NCBI GenBank assembly: GCA_963768805.1
Contig: CAVYJI010000004.1
Span: 1,415 to 65,414, forward strand
Reading direction: 5' to 3'
Origin: an uncultured Bacteroidales bacterium
Lineage (GTDB): Bacteria; Bacteroidota; Bacteroidia; Bacteroidales; FEN-979
Length of the DNA: 64,000 nucleotides
The position numbers were made by a program, and so were the translations under genes. The notes under the pieces were generated by a model, which made no database searches, had not been told where the DNA came from, and worked only from the letters and a program-made list of their open reading frames with translations. Positions 23,351-34,449 of the stretch are shown in pieces (position 1 is the stretch's first letter; the number at the start of each line of letters is the position of its first letter).

Positions 23351-24930
23351 TGACAAACCAGGATTTTCTGAAAATAACTCGTCGTTTTACACGATACTTT
23401 TACACTATACACGCCATCCTGAACCTGTCCGATATTGATAGGCGATAATAGCACTGATGGGTCTGATGATGCGTAAATCCTTTCTCCAAGCGTATTAAAT
23501 ATTTCAACAAGTTGAATTTCATTTTTTATTGCCTCATCAGTTGCAATATTGAAGATCCCGTCATTTGGATTGGGGTAAACGTTGATTGATACCGGATGGG
23601 TAATTTCATTAATGCCACCCGTCCTGTCAACACATCCTTCGGTACCAGTCATCGTCAGATTGGTAACCGGACCCGGTAAATGTTTCATCGTTCCTGCGGA
23701 TTGCGTTGTACAGGCAACATCAGCCAAGCTGGCAGAATAATCATATGAGGAACCATAACCCGGTTGTATGCATTCAGTTCAGTTTCCCGAAGAATCGGAT
23801 TTTATAACTCCTACCTGCGGAACGATAGGCTGCTCCCGTTTTGTACCGTATATTGGGCCATTACCGACCATTGAATAAACTCCAGTGTATGATTCTACGA
23901 TATCTGACGGGATAAGTATCAGCGACTCGGAAAACAGTAAATCACCTATGGAATCAACCTTCATCATATTTTCCTGGAATGGAGTGCCGGTAACAAAAAT
24001 ATACCCGTTATCAGAAGTCTGATGAAGTCTGAAACTGGCAGGGACCGTTTGATATCCGGAATTTCCAGAATAAGATTTACTCCATAAAACATCACCTGAA
24101 AGGTCTGTTTTCATTAAGATAAACCCGCCATTTGATGCATCAAAAAGGGTCATTATCCCGCCCTGCACGACATGTACATCATAACCCCTGGAATAAGTCG
24201 AGGAGGAAACATTTAGATATTTGGTCCATGAAACCGACCCTGTTGATGTTAATTTCATCAGATACATTACCATTTGATAATTGGTGTTTTCTCTATAACC
24301 GGTAATAATATACCCCGTATCTGGTGTCTGATCCGCTCCGCAACCAAAATTCTCATAATTGCCAACAGAAATGAGTTTTCCCCAGACTACATTTCCTGAT
24401 TCATTCAGTTTGACAACAACAATCTTTTCCAAGGAGGCGTCTCCGGTGAGAATGAATCCATTATCCAGAGTCTGTCTAATTGATATCGCCTCCTCATGGT
24501 ACCCCATATCAATCATTCTTGTCCACAAGGTATCCCCTGCTGAATTTATTTTAACACATAACAGATCGGAAGCAGAATCCCCCTGATTATAGGCAAACCC
24601 GGCTAACACAAAACATGAATCCCTTGTAGCTGTGAGACAATAAAAGGTGCCACCGTTGCTGCCATAGGTCTTGCTCCATGATATTGAACCCGTAGAGTCA
24701 ATTTTTGAGACAAATGCCAGGTTGTCTTTTTCTCCCGCTATTATCAAGCTTTGATTCATCATTTTTTCAACACAATAAACCTGTACAGCACCTTGAGGAT
24801 CATAAATCACTTTGGAAAAACCAGAGGACTGTGCGAAGCCAGGGTATGAGGTCAGGGAACATAAGCACCATACTATCAGAAACCGGGTAATTGTTTTAAT
24901 AGAAATAAATATTATAATTCGGGTTATCAT
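23347..24930 (-). pseudogene. T9SS cargo protein (beta-propeller-like repeats + type-A CTD) interrupted by one in-frame TGA
   Basis: Track ORFs 23779-24930 and 23347-23727 are in the same frame. The 51 nt between them are open, and the only interruption is the TGA at 23779-23781. The N-terminal part has the signal peptide and the C-terminal part has ..VYPNPNDGIFNIA.. CTD. Confidence 0.7.
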
Positions 24931-27029
24931 TACCTGACAACAGATATTTTCTTAGTAATTACCTGTCCATTAAATTCCGTTGAGAAGAGATACAAACCCG
25001 TGGGCAATCCTGAAATATCAACCGTGATCAAACGTCCTGAAGGAGTACCTGATTCTGAGCTGACCAAAACACCGTTGGCATTGTATACCCGTATGTTGAC
25101 AGGGGTATTGATTATCCTGTCAAACAGGATATTGACCTGTGTTGAAGCGGGATTTGGATAGAACAGGATCTTTATTGATGAATTTCCCGGGTGACTTGCT
25201 ATTCCATTAAATGAACTTCCATCGGGAAGTTCATTTGAGTTAAAGTATCCCTCAATGGTCTCGATATAAGTTCTTAGTTTATTTAATGAACTATCATTAT
25301 TGTAATCACGGGCAAAGGTATAGGCCAGATCGAGTTCCTGTTCCTGGCCTGGATTAAATGTGAATGGACCGGATGAACCAACACCCCTTTTGTCGTATGG
25401 TGCATCACCAGCTGTGGTTTCTGTCCAATTTAAAGGGACTTGAGGGATACACCATACTCCCCAGCATAATGTATCTGAAGTACCCGGGAACATAAATTTA
25501 CAAGGAGATCCATATGCACTTGGGTAATGTCCCATACCACCATATTTTAATTGAACGCTGTCATTAAATTTGCTTTGAAGATAGTTATAGTATTGTGGTG
25601 AATATAGGGGATCAGTCATGTAATCCGGTACCCCATAATTATAAAATGTCATAAAATCGGTCAATCCGTATCTTTCATTATCAACAATACCATCACCAAA
25701 ACCAGTGCCATTCACACTTGCATTACATAATTGGTGCCCCAGGCTGTCAACTTTTGGATTATCCTTACCATCAGGATCCATGTATGGCCCACCGATGAAA
25801 GCTACTGCCTGTGCGGGCGGGTTAGCCCCGTATGAGCCCGGCTGCCCGGTGCCATCAACCGGGTTCCCGTTGTAACCATAATAATAGCTTCTTTCAACAT
25901 CACATCCAATATAATCATCAAAGGGATAGCCTATATCTGTATCGGTAAAGACCCCTATATAGGTGTTATGATAAGTGTTCGCCGACCGGTTGATAATTTT
26001 ATAATTCATGAAGACGGTGTTCATTAATGCCGAATCTTCAGGGATATTGAAAACATATGCCATACCATGGATCTCCACTCTGAGTTTTTCACCCTCTGTT
26101 TCCATATGAACATTCCTGTCATCATTCAAAATAAAGAACAGGGCCTGGTCTCCCCTGATCAAAGGATAATCTCCATCCATCGGATTATAGATCCCATCAT
26201 TATTCCGGTCATAAAAAGGTGCTAATTTAGCTGCCTCCCCTAAGCTGACGTTGCCATTTCCGGGCCAGGTAAGGATATCATGGATAGGCTTGTAGCCCTG
26301 GTCCTGCCAGTGTGCTATATGGTAATCAATATCAGACTTCTTCAGGTTCCAGATATAATTCCATAAAGTATCCTGGTATATCGAATAAGCTGAAGAATCC
26401 ATGACCGGTCCTGCAAAATAATCATGATAAGTTCCTGCGGGTCCGGTCCCGGGACCTTGTCCATAACGCGCTCCTGAAAGGTGAAGACTGTCCTTCTCAT
26501 CAAGACCACCGATCCATAGTGTTGAAATAAAAATGGTATTCTTCCCACTGAATTTCGGAACCTCAAATCCGGGTCCACCTACATGTCGTCTGGTGAATTG
26601 GTCTCCGGTTGAATTTATCTGTGCGTTGATATTATTCATGTAAATAGAATCATAGCTATTATCATTTATCAGGAATACAATTTGGGCAGTAGCATTAGTA
26701 TCAAGGGTATAATCAACAACCCTGTATGTGATAATAGATTCAGGGCCATAACCCCATTGGTTCCCATTTTGATTGGCAACATAAGTATAATTATTACCCG
26801 ATTTACCGGTACACATTACATATCCATTGCCCATCCCGCCGACAACACGGATTGAATCCCCATAGGGGATAAGATCTTTCATCAGGAAATTGACAGCCTT
26901 CGGGATCGCCTGATTCAAATGAACAGTGTCATTTACAAGAAAGAAACCCTGGGAATGAATGTTGTTCAAAAAGAACAACTGGATAAAAATGACCAGGAGA
27001 AACCTGGTTGCGGAGTAAAGATTTTTCAT
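24930..27029 (-). CDS. large secreted hypothetical protein with T9SS type-A sorting domain
   Basis: Signal peptide starts at the Met at 27029 (MKNLYSATRFLLVIFIQLFFLNNIHSQ). C-terminal ..ILFYPNPASTQVNILF.. CTD. Its stop overlaps the next start (TAATG). Confidence 0.8.
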   Translation of the reverse strand: MKNLYSATRFLLVIFIQLFFLNNIHSQGFFLVNDTVHLNQAIPKAVNFLMKDLIPYGDSIRVVGGMGNGYVMCTGKSGNNYTYVANQNGNQWGYGPESIITYRVVDYTLDTNATAQIVFLINDNSYDSIYMNNINAQINSTGDQFTRRHVGGPGFEVPKFSGKNTIFISTLWIGGLDEKDSLHLSGARYGQGPGTGPAGTYHDYFAGPVMDSSAYSIYQDTLWNYIWNLKKSDIDYHIAHWQDQGYKPIHDILTWPGNGNVSLGEAAKLAPFYDRNNDGIYNPMDGDYPLIRGDQALFFILNDDRNVHMETEGEKLRVEIHGMAYVFNIPEDSALMNTVFMNYKIINRSANTYHNTYIGVFTDTDIGYPFDDYIGCDVERSYYYGYNGNPVDGTGQPGSYGANPPAQAVAFIGGPYMDPDGKDNPKVDSLGHQLCNASVNGTGFGDGIVDNERYGLTDFMTFYNYGVPDYMTDPLYSPQYYNYLQSKFNDSVQLKYGGMGHYPSAYGSPCKFMFPGTSDTLCWGVWCIPQVPLNWTETTAGDAPYDKRGVGSSGPFTFNPGQEQELDLAYTFARDYNNDSSLNKLRTYIETIEGYFNSNELPDGSSFNGIASHPGNSSIKILFYPNPASTQVNILFDRIINTPVNIRVYNANGVLVSSESGTPSGRLITVDISGLPTGLYLFSTEFNGQVITKKISVVR

Positions 27030-27184
27030 ATATAAGATGTTAACATAAGCCTTGATAATACTACAAATATACAATAAATAGTAGAAAGTTAACTGGAATT
27101 ATAAAATTATTTTTCCATTAAAGAATCACTTAGGAAAATCAAGAAAATTCGGCTGGAGACCAGGGGCTTATTTGATCCGGGAAA

Positions 27185-28255
27185 TCATTTCTTCCGTTTG
27201 GCCCGCTCATATTGTACCGGCCATTGAATATCTGTCTTAAGTTCCCATGCTGCACGTAAAGGAAAATAGGGATCACGGAGTGATTCCCGGGCAAGTAAAA
27301 CAATATCGGACTGGCCCTTCGAGATGATCTCATTGGCCTGGAAAGGATCGGTAATGATACCCACCGCACCGGTTAATATTCCCGCTTGTTTTTTTACATG
27401 CTCAGCAAACGGTACCTGGTAACCAGGCCCAACAGGTATATTTAAACCCGGAACGGCGCCTGCTGTGGAACAATCTACCAGGTCAACTCCATTATCCTTT
27501 AAAAGCCTGGCAAGTTTGACAGAATCTTCTATAACCCAGCCATCATCTCTCCAATCAACCGATGAAATCCTGGTAAAGAGAGGATATCCATCAGGCCATA
27601 CGCTCCTGATCGCCCTGACAATTTCCAGGAGTATGCGGATGCGGTTTTCGAATGATCCGCCATAAGCATCCTGACGCTTGTTGGTGAGGGGTGATAAAAA
27701 TTCATGGATAAGGTAACCATGTGCGGCATGGATCTCGATGACTTTGAATCCTGCCTTTAAGGCCCGGATAGCTCCGGAACGGAAATCATCGATCACCTTT
27801 CCGATACCTTCAATGGTCAACCCGGCAGGAAGTGCAGACTCTTCGGAAAATCGAATTGCACTTGGGGCAACTGTTTTCCATCCCCCTTCAGAGACAGACA
27901 ATAATCTGTTTCCATTCCAGGGAGAAGAATGGTTTGATTTTCTTCCTGCATGTGCAAGCTGGATACCGGGTATTGAATTCTGGTGAATATTGAAATCCGT
28001 GATCTTTTTGAGGTATTCTATATGGTCATCTTTCCAGATGCCAAGATCGTCAATGGAGATCCTGCCTTCAGGAGAAACTGAGGTTGCCTCTGACATAACC
28101 AGTGAGAATCCCCCTACTGCCCTGCTTCCCAGGTGTACCAGGTGCCATTCATTTGCAAAACCGTCTCTAGAGGAATATTGACACATCGGCGATACAACTA
28201 ACCGGTTCTTCAATTCAATATCCCTGATCTTCAATGGAGAAAAAAGTTCACTCAT
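27185..28255 (-). CDS. NADH:flavin oxidoreductase, Old Yellow Enzyme family (YqjM/NamA-like)
   Basis: LFSPLKIRDIELKNRLVVSPMCQYSS, WHLVHLGSRAVGG and IHAAHGYLIHEFLSPLTNKR.D.YGGS.ENR. Met at 28255 preferred over the track start at 28297. Confidence 0.9.
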   Translation of the reverse strand: MSELFSPLKIRDIELKNRLVVSPMCQYSSRDGFANEWHLVHLGSRAVGGFSLVMSEATSVSPEGRISIDDLGIWKDDHIEYLKKITDFNIHQNSIPGIQLAHAGRKSNHSSPWNGNRLLSVSEGGWKTVAPSAIRFSEESALPAGLTIEGIGKVIDDFRSGAIRALKAGFKVIEIHAAHGYLIHEFLSPLTNKRQDAYGGSFENRIRILLEIVRAIRSVWPDGYPLFTRISSVDWRDDGWVIEDSVKLARLLKDNGVDLVDCSTAGAVPGLNIPVGPGYQVPFAEHVKKQAGILTGAVGIITDPFQANEIISKGQSDIVLLARESLRDPYFPLRAAWELKTDIQWPVQYERAKRKK

Positions 28256-28346
28256 AACCTGCTTTTTTGGGTTAGAAGAAAACGCAGGAGATAACATTTT
28301 ATGTTATCCTGCGGGAAAAATCATAAGATCCCTGAACCAGGAAATG

Positions 28347-28766
28347 TCAGGCCTGTACCTGTCCGGGTACCTCTTCCTTTTTACCGATATATCTGGCGGG
28401 CCCGAACCCAAGGATGGCAAGGAAAATGACCCTGAGAAAGATAAGTCCGACAGTAAACCATCCTCCTTTACCGAAGTTCTTCGAGATCCCGTTGAGAATT
28501 ATGATCCCTATAATGATATTGACGATTGGAATAAGTAACAGGAGAATGTACCACCATGGTTTGCCCGCAACTTTTATCGCGATCAGGAGGTTATAGACCG
28601 GGATGATAGAAGCCCATCCATGTTCACCGGCTTTCTGGAATACAAACCAGAGGGCGACGCACCTTATCATCATCACATACATAGCAAAAAAGATAAGGCC
28701 GACGATCAGCGGCATTAAGCTCATAGCCCCAAAGCATGACATGCCTGAGTGTAAACTTTCTTCCAT
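28347..28766 (-). CDS. small integral membrane protein (DUF5684-like)
   Basis: ..VFQKAGEHGWASIIPVYNLLIAIKVAGKPWWYILLLLIPIVN.. matches the DUF5684 pattern as I recall it. Start codon uncertain. Confidence 0.6.
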   Translation of the reverse strand: MEESLHSGMSCFGAMSLMPLIVGLIFFAMYVMMIRCVALWFVFQKAGEHGWASIIPVYNLLIAIKVAGKPWWYILLLLIPIVNIIIGIIILNGISKNFGKGGWFTVGLIFLRVIFLAILGFGPARYIGKKEEVPGQVQA

Positions 28767-28912
28767 AAGAAAAGATTTTGGTTAATACTAAAACGTCAAT
28801 TATTCAAAAAATAATTTATTTTGTAAAGATATGTCAAAGGCATTACTATAAGCAAAAAAAGACAGGATTTTTCTTAACACAGGCTTGGATTATTGTTAGA
28901 AAAACATTATTG

Positions 28913-29518
28913 CTATTTCACAGGAACTTCGGTCACTTTCAGGACTGGGTGGATCTCTATCCCATTGGCACTGGATCCACGTTCGCCACTCGGGGCATTC
29001 CAGAATCGTACACCTGTAATTTTGACTTTAACGGGATTACTCTCCTGGCTTATTTTATTCATTAATCCGGCCAGTGTTTTCCATGTTTCTTTGAATTGTG
29101 CTCTTATATCCGGGAATTTATCAAGTGCCGGACAATCCGGGTTTGGCAATACAGCGATCATGGTTGAATTAGAATCCGGGTATCTTAACACCATTTTGAA
29201 ACTGTGCCCGTCTTCTGTGAAGGTGATGGTTGTTATATATGCAATTATCTCAACGACTTGTTTTTCAGATGGAAGCCTTACCTGTGTCTTATCTTTTATA
29301 CTCTTTTTATCAAGCACCATGGGTGCCTTTGTCTCTACGAAACTGTTGAAATCCATGACCAGCGGTGTTGCTTTCAATAGTTCAGCCCCACCCTTATCTG
29401 TCAGCATTTTTACATCTGCGCGCCATTGTTCACAAGACTTTATAACCTGCTGAGCATTGATTTGAATGGCCATGAATAATACCATTGAGATTGTCAAAAG
29501 TAAATTTACTTTTTTCAT
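28913..29518 (-). CDS. hypothetical secreted protein
   Basis: Signal peptide MKKVNLLLTISMVLFMAIQINAQ. Preferred over the overlapping plus-strand ORF 28893-29453, whose composition is Ser/Leu/Cys-rich and shadow-like. Confidence 0.65.
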   Translation of the reverse strand: MKKVNLLLTISMVLFMAIQINAQQVIKSCEQWRADVKMLTDKGGAELLKATPLVMDFNSFVETKAPMVLDKKSIKDKTQVRLPSEKQVVEIIAYITTITFTEDGHSFKMVLRYPDSNSTMIAVLPNPDCPALDKFPDIRAQFKETWKTLAGLMNKISQESNPVKVKITGVRFWNAPSGERGSSANGIEIHPVLKVTEVPVK

Positions 29519-29626
29519 GATAAGGTTAATTTAAAACAATTTTGACATCAAATATACTCATGAAACCAGGATTTAGCAAACTTTTTAAAGCCGGATATTG
29601 ATTACCTTTGGAAACAAAGAAAAAAG

Positions 29627-32461
29627 TTGAAGAAGTCTTATAAATACGAAACCATTGATGGAGATCCCCTGGGTACGAGGATCTATGTTCTAGAGAACGG
29701 GCTGAAAGTTTTCCTGTCGGTTTACCACGATGAACCAAGAATACAGATATATATCGCGGTGCATACGGGCAGCAAGATGGATCCACCTGAGACTACAGGA
29801 CTGGCTCATTATTTTGAACATATGATGTTCAAGGGAACAGAGAAGTTCGGGACCACAGACTGGATCAGGGAATCAAGGTTGATTGAGCAAATTGAAGGCT
29901 TATTTGAAGTGTACCGGAAGGAGAAAAGGGATGACATCCGTGCCCGGCTCTACCGTGAAATAGATAACCTCTCCCTGGAGGCTTCATTGCTGGCCATTCC
30001 TAACGAATACGACAAGTTGATGGATGCTATCGGTTCCCAGGGATCCAATGCCGGAACATCCAATGATTACACCATCTTCATGGAGAATATACCCTCCAAC
30101 CAGCTTGAGAATTGGGCTAAGATCCAGGCAGAACGGTTCTCAAGACCCGTTCTCCGGTTATTCCATACTGAGCTGGAGACCGTCTACGAGGAAAAGAACA
30201 TGTCACTTACCAGTGATTCCCGCAAGGTCAATGAGGTCATGATGAAAGTTCTTTTCCCCAACCATCCTTATGGGACCCAGACAACGCTTGGAGAAGCGGA
30301 ACACCTGAAAAATCCTTCTATGAAGAATATCCGGGAGTTCTTCGCGAAATATTATGTCCCGAACAACATGGCCATTTGCATGTCAGGCGAGCTTGATCCT
30401 GACAAGACCATTGAGATAATAGACCTTTATTTCGACAGGATGAAACCCCAGCCTGTTCCACCATTGCGACATGAGCCATGGAAACATCCTGATGGGACTG
30501 TTTTTAAGGAAGTTTTTGGGCTTGAAGCTGAGAACATCAGGATCGGGTATGGGTTTAATATAAAAGCAAGCGATGACGACTCTGTTCTGCTTACCATGGC
30601 TGCTTCTGTTCTTTTCAATGGCAAGACAGGCCTGATCGATCTGAACCTGAACCAGCCGCAGAAAGTACTGAATGCGTCTGCATACCATGGCCAGCTTGCG
30701 GATTACAGCATGATGATCCTGAATGGCAATCCGAAAACGGGTCAATCACTGGAAGAAGTCAGGGACTTATTGATGCACCAGGTCCGGCTGCTTAAAAATG
30801 GCGAATTCCCCGGCTGGCTGCCTGAAGCAATTGCCAACAATGCTCAATATGAAACCGGGAAGCAATATGAGTCGAACCAGGGTAGGGCAATGGCTATTTC
30901 ACATGCATATCTTTACGATATTCCTTACAGGGATTTCACCTCCTATATAAAAAAAATGCAACGATACAGTAAAAAGGATATCGTTGCATTTGCAAAAGGT
31001 CACCTGGAGGATAACCTGGTTGTCATATACAAAAGACAAGGAGTGCCTGAAGAAGTGATTAAGGTCAGCAAGCCCCCGATCACCCCGGTACACATCAACA
31101 GGCACCAGGAATCAGACTTCCTGAAAAAGGTAAAAGCGAGAGTGGTCCCGGCTGTGCATCCTGAGTTCCTGGATTATTCAAGGGATATCGATACCTTTCA
31201 CCTTCCTGACTCCACCCGCATCCTATACAGGAAGAATGAGGAAAATGAAACTTTTCACCTCGTGTTTTATTACAGAATGGGCAGACACCATGATAAGGTA
31301 ATGACCTTTGCCATCGAGCTTCTGCCCTTCCTCGGAACCTCAAAACATAGTGTGGAGCAGATCAACCTCGGTTTTTTTCGACTGGCTTGCTCTTTTCAGG
31401 TGAACGTGACGGATGAAGAGACAACACTTTCTATCGACGGGTTAAGCAAAAACATGGAACGGGCGCTGAGACTGGTTGAGGAGTTGCTGAACGATCCGGT
31501 TCCCGATGAAGAAACGCTTGTCAATCGTGTGGAAAACACACTTAAAGCACGGTCAGACCGGAAGTCTGATCAGAATGAGATGTTCTCTGCATTGGTCAGC
31601 TTTGGCATTTATGGATCTTCTTCTCCTTATAAAAACATACTGACCGAAAATGAACTCCGGTCAGTAACACCTCAACAGGTTGCAGATAAAATTAAAGATC
31701 TGAAAAATATCCGGCACGATATCCTCTATTATGGGAATCTCCCGCTGGTTGAACTTTCAGGTATCATTGTAAAATATCGCGAGGGATCAACTTCCTTAAA
31801 GCCGGTTCCCACACCGATGGTATTCAAGGAAAAAGAGACCAAAGAGAACAGGATCTTATTTGCACCCTATGATGCAAACCAGGCAAAGCTGCAAACACTT
31901 ATCGTTGGTGGCCGTTACGACCGCCGGCTGGCTCCGGTAATCGCCCTGTTCAACTTTTATTTCGGGGATATTGTTTTCCAGGAACTCCGTGAAAAAAGAG
32001 CTTTGGCTTATACCGCCTTCTCCCGCTTCCAGGAACCGGCTGATCTCGAAAAATCATATCTCGGCAAGGGTTATATTGCCACACAGAATGACAAGATCAT
32101 AGAAGCATTCCTTGCTTTCGACGATCTTTATAATGTCCTGCCCGTTTCTGAAGTTACCTTCCATGGATCCAGGTACGCTCTGTTAAATAAAATAAGTACT
32201 GAAAGGATCCGCAGGATGAACTGCATCTGGAATTTTCTGAATGCAGAAAAGCTTTGTCTGAAAAAGGATATCCGTCAGGATATATTCGAAAAAGTATCAG
32301 GAATGACAATGAATGACATGATCGCTTTTCAGCAGGAAAACCTGAAAGACAAAGCCAAAACATACCTGGTTCTGGGAAAGGAATCTGATGTCGCATTCGA
32401 TGCGCTTGAAAAAATAGGACCGGTCACAAAACTGACACTTAAGGACCTTTTTGGGTATTAA
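29627..32461 (+). CDS. M16-family (insulinase/pitrilysin-like) zinc metallopeptidase
   Basis: Inverted zinc motif HYFEHMMFKGT (HxxEH). ~940-aa two-half M16 architecture. The track start is a TTG, so the start is uncertain. Confidence 0.9.
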   Translation: MKKSYKYETIDGDPLGTRIYVLENGLKVFLSVYHDEPRIQIYIAVHTGSKMDPPETTGLAHYFEHMMFKGTEKFGTTDWIRESRLIEQIEGLFEVYRKEKRDDIRARLYREIDNLSLEASLLAIPNEYDKLMDAIGSQGSNAGTSNDYTIFMENIPSNQLENWAKIQAERFSRPVLRLFHTELETVYEEKNMSLTSDSRKVNEVMMKVLFPNHPYGTQTTLGEAEHLKNPSMKNIREFFAKYYVPNNMAICMSGELDPDKTIEIIDLYFDRMKPQPVPPLRHEPWKHPDGTVFKEVFGLEAENIRIGYGFNIKASDDDSVLLTMAASVLFNGKTGLIDLNLNQPQKVLNASAYHGQLADYSMMILNGNPKTGQSLEEVRDLLMHQVRLLKNGEFPGWLPEAIANNAQYETGKQYESNQGRAMAISHAYLYDIPYRDFTSYIKKMQRYSKKDIVAFAKGHLEDNLVVIYKRQGVPEEVIKVSKPPITPVHINRHQESDFLKKVKARVVPAVHPEFLDYSRDIDTFHLPDSTRILYRKNEENETFHLVFYYRMGRHHDKVMTFAIELLPFLGTSKHSVEQINLGFFRLACSFQVNVTDEETTLSIDGLSKNMERALRLVEELLNDPVPDEETLVNRVENTLKARSDRKSDQNEMFSALVSFGIYGSSSPYKNILTENELRSVTPQQVADKIKDLKNIRHDILYYGNLPLVELSGIIVKYREGSTSLKPVPTPMVFKEKETKENRILFAPYDANQAKLQTLIVGGRYDRRLAPVIALFNFYFGDIVFQELREKRALAYTAFSRFQEPADLEKSYLGKGYIATQNDKIIEAFLAFDDLYNVLPVSEVTFHGSRYALLNKISTERIRRMNCIWNFLNAEKLCLKKDIRQDIFEKVSGMTMNDMIAFQQENLKDKAKTYLVLGKESDVAFDALEKIGPVTKLTLKDLFGY

Positions 32462-32593
32462 TTCATTCCGATATTGACTTGAGGGTTTTTAAGTATTATC
32501 TTTATGCCATCAACCGGTATTGATTTCATTACCATTTCTTATATACAGGCTTCAAATGAAATTCATGGCTATTCATCAACCAAAATACAACCT

Positions 32594-33382
32594 ATGAAAA
32601 AATGTTTTACTCTGATTACAGTAATGCTGTTTACTGTAGCCTCCTGGGCACAGAATGCCGATTATCTTTTGAAAAAAGATTTTCAAACGGAGAAGAAGAA
32701 GATCTCTGAAGGGATCGATGCTGCAAAGAAAGCAGGATATGATGCAAAAAAAATCGCAGCCAGGCAGATGACTACCGCTGACAGCCTGGCGAAGATCACG
32801 GCTGCTAATGAAAAAAACCTTAAACTGACCAATGATTCACTGCAGAAAACGGCAGCACGCTTCAATGATCTGGATATAAGGGTAACCAAGTCCAGTAATA
32901 ATGCACAGAATTACCTTGTGCTGGCAACTATCATAATTGCTGTAATCTTCCTTCTCATCCTGGCTTTGATCTTCTTCCTTAGAAGTAAAACTGATCAAAA
33001 GATAGCTGAGCTGACTGAAGAACATCAAAAGTTGGATGAATCGGTAAAGCAGGAGATTGCATCAATGAGGACAGATCTGAAAAAATCAATAGAATCGCTT
33101 TCTTCATCTTTACATGAATATTCAACAAAATTAACAGCCTCTGTCGGGCATTGTGAAGATAAACAAAAAGCCTCTGCTGCAGAACTGGAAGCATCCATAA
33201 GCAAAGTTGCTAAAGAGCATGCTGATTACGTTCCAAAGGTCAATGAAAAGTTCGATGAACTGACAGCGAAGCTGAATACTGAACGGAAAGAGCACAAGGA
33301 CTTTCACGAGAAAATAGAATCGGATCTGAAAAAATTACCTTCGTTGCAAAAGATCGTAGATGAGATCAAAGCAAAGCTTTGA
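32594..33382 (+). CDS. coiled-coil membrane protein, hypothetical
   Basis: Signal peptide starts at the Met at 32594 (MKKCFTLITVMLFTVASWAQ). Central TM segment NYLVLATIIIAVIFLLILALIFFL. Lys/Glu-rich coiled-coil regions. Confidence 0.65.
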   Translation: MKKCFTLITVMLFTVASWAQNADYLLKKDFQTEKKKISEGIDAAKKAGYDAKKIAARQMTTADSLAKITAANEKNLKLTNDSLQKTAARFNDLDIRVTKSSNNAQNYLVLATIIIAVIFLLILALIFFLRSKTDQKIAELTEEHQKLDESVKQEIASMRTDLKKSIESLSSSLHEYSTKLTASVGHCEDKQKASAAELEASISKVAKEHADYVPKVNEKFDELTAKLNTERKEHKDFHEKIESDLKKLPSLQKIVDEIKAKL

Positions 33383-33424
33383 ACTTTTTATCTTTTGTAA
33401 ATGATCTGATCCGCTTTACCAGCT

Positions 33425-34303
33425 TCAGGGTTCCGTTGTCTCTTTTGGCTTCAATGGGATGATCCCTCCCATTTCACTGAGTACATTTACCAGATCTGAG
33501 CCTGTAGGAACAATGAATTTTGAATTCTCCTTAAGGGAGGTTTCCAGTGCCTGGATCCTTCTTAACAATTGAGCATTCCCTATAAAATATTTCTCCGCTG
33601 CTTCGTTGACAAGCTGGATAGCCAGGGCTTCTCCTTCTGCACGCAGTATGGCAGCCTGTTTGAACCCTTCTGCTTTCCTGATCTCGGCTCTTTTTTCGCC
33701 ATCAGCCCTGGTTTCTGTAGCAGTTGCAAAATCGATCGCAGCAATTTTCTCATTCTCTGCTTTCACGATCTTGTTCATTGTTTCCTGTACATCCTTCGGA
33801 GGCTCAATTTCTTTTAATTCAGTGCGTATGATCTCGATACCCCAATGGCTGGTCTCTGCAAGGAGGGTCGTATGAAGATCTTTATTGATCCTGCCCCGTT
33901 CACTGTTTGCTGATTTCAGGGTCAGGGTCCCGATGATATTACGAAGCGTCGTGCGTGCCAGGTTAACGATCTGGTATTCTATGCTGTTGACATTGTACTG
34001 GGAAAATTTAACGCTGTCCTCATCCGATTTGATCTTGAAATAAACCTGAGCATCGACCTTGGCATTCAGGTTATCATTTGTAATGATCTCCTGGGGTTCG
34101 GCATTGATCATTTTTTCAGTAATATTGACCTGGTACATCTTTTCAATGATGGGAACGATCCAGTGAAACCCCGGCATTGAAAAACGATTATATTTCCCCA
34201 GCCTTTCAACTAATCCGCGATGTGTGGGACGGACGATCCTTATGCCTGAAAAGAAAAGCAGCACCAGAATGCCGATAATAATTACAGAAATGGAAATGTT
34301 CAT
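33425..34303 (-). CDS. SPFH/band-7 (stomatin/prohibitin-like) membrane protein
   Basis: N-terminal TM, then RIVRPTHRGLVERLGKY.., TNDNLNAKVDAQVYFKI and ..GIEIIRTELKEIEPP.. are typical of the SPFH domain. Confidence 0.85.
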   Translation of the reverse strand: MNISISVIIIGILVLLFFSGIRIVRPTHRGLVERLGKYNRFSMPGFHWIVPIIEKMYQVNITEKMINAEPQEIITNDNLNAKVDAQVYFKIKSDEDSVKFSQYNVNSIEYQIVNLARTTLRNIIGTLTLKSANSERGRINKDLHTTLLAETSHWGIEIIRTELKEIEPPKDVQETMNKIVKAENEKIAAIDFATATETRADGEKRAEIRKAEGFKQAAILRAEGEALAIQLVNEAAEKYFIGNAQLLRRIQALETSLKENSKFIVPTGSDLVNVLSEMGGIIPLKPKETTEP

Positions 34304-34449
34304 AACAGAAGTTTTAATTGTTTTACATCAGTTTAAAGAGAAATCCTCGTCTCCTTCATAGACAAATATACTATAAATTATTAATTTCGCTTTTTAAATT
34401 TAAATGAAATGTTCTATAAGATTAACCAATTAATAACAAATACCAGTCA

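Noticed and set aside
23779-23781. The in-frame TGA as selenocysteine or as evidence of a TGA-reassigned genetic code
   Set aside because: TGA is used as an ordinary stop by well-conserved genes in the window (for example IS3 orfA at 6073-6075 and the BNR protein at 8765-8767), and long ORFs are otherwise intact under the standard code. I see no convincing SECIS-like hairpin just downstream, and a T9SS cargo linker is not a selenoprotein context.
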